Source: a virus | Direction: 5' to 3' (one strand) | DNA: 64,000 nt | Virus record (IMG/VR): IMGVR_UViG_3300028393_001967 | In this document: positions 63,492-64,000 of the stretch, piece by piece | Layout of the letters: the number at the start of each line of letters is the position of its first letter | Numbering within the stretch: the first letter of the stretch is position 1 | Program-made: the position numbers and the translations under genes | The notes under the pieces: generated by a model | The model's database searches: none | What the model was told of the DNA's origin: nothing | The model's input: the letters and a program-made list of their open reading frames with translations, nothing else

Positions 63492-64000
63492 TCTATCTGA
63501 AGGATTACATAGCGGTGATCTAAAAGAATTTGTAAGTGATCTTTTTACTGTAGACCAGTATAAGAGTAAAATGGGCAACGACGGTGATGTTGTTGTACTA
63601 GGTTTTCGTGTCAAAGAAAAATACCCAGCAATGGACTTGGTAGAGTTTATTGAAAAAGGTTACACATATGTATTAGATGCTGATATGAGTACCGGCGAAG
63701 AACACGATGGTCAATATCAAGTGTTTGTTGAATTAGAAAGAAATAAAAACCTTCCACGTAACCTTAGACATTTACTAGACGGCATTGGACAGTTAACTGA
63801 CAATTACGATTGGCGTTTTAGATATCAAAAATCTCCCAATAGTGTCGAGTTTGATGATAAATCTGTTTTGGAACATATTCCAATGACTCCAGAAGAATAC
63901 GATAACAAAATTCTAGAAATCAAAACAACTGATGTACAAGAATTCTTTGATCAAGGCAGTGTAGACATTGCCTTAGAATCAGACAACACACTTACATTCA
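63466..64000 (+). CDS. hypothetical protein, truncated by window end
   Basis: Open frame MTQQYQKRNLSEGLHSGDLKEF..QYKSKMG running to the end. Confidence 0.7.
   Translation, partial: MTQQYQKRNLSEGLHSGDLKEFVSDLFTVDQYKSKMGNDGDVVVLGFRVKEKYPAMDLVEFIEKGYTYVLDADMSTGEEHDGQYQVFVELERNKNLPRNLRHLLDGIGQLTDNYDWRFRYQKSPNSVEFDDKSVLEHIPMTPEEYDNKILEIKTTDVQEFFDQGSVDIALESDNTLTF

Noticed and set aside
1-64000. Genome-wide TGA or TAG reassignment
   Set aside because: Many well-supported genes end in TGA (ATGA overlaps) or TAG and coding density is high under code 11; only the RF gene shows an internal stop

Overview
64 kb of an AT-rich jumbo dsDNA phage genome. T4-like TATAAATA late promoters, many consensus sigma70 promoters, a clamp loader, PhoH, GroES and a collagen tail fibre support this; the host is probably a proteobacterium and the genetic code is standard. 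Bases 1-12.3 kb are a stable-RNA island: about 18 tRNA or tRNA-like genes (several atypical), a two-piece permuted tmRNA with an ORF in its intervening segment, a ~900 nt GOLLD-like RNA, several orphan structured RNAs, rrn-type boxA elements and rpoZ. One orphan RNA (6101-6225) matches the 23S rRNA GTPase-associated centre (H43/H44, uL11 site) in exact register with compensatory pairs. This is the most striking observation. The rest holds NAD salvage (NadM-Nudix, NAMPT), an RNA-repair cluster with a domain-1-less RF1-like release factor interrupted by an in-frame TGA, FolE, QueD behind a preQ1-I-like leader, ClpP, UvsE, SOD, rubrerythrin/rubredoxin, glycan-modifying enzymes, an S53-peptidase/Ig virion protein and tail genes. 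All calls come from reading the sequence by eye; no searches were run.
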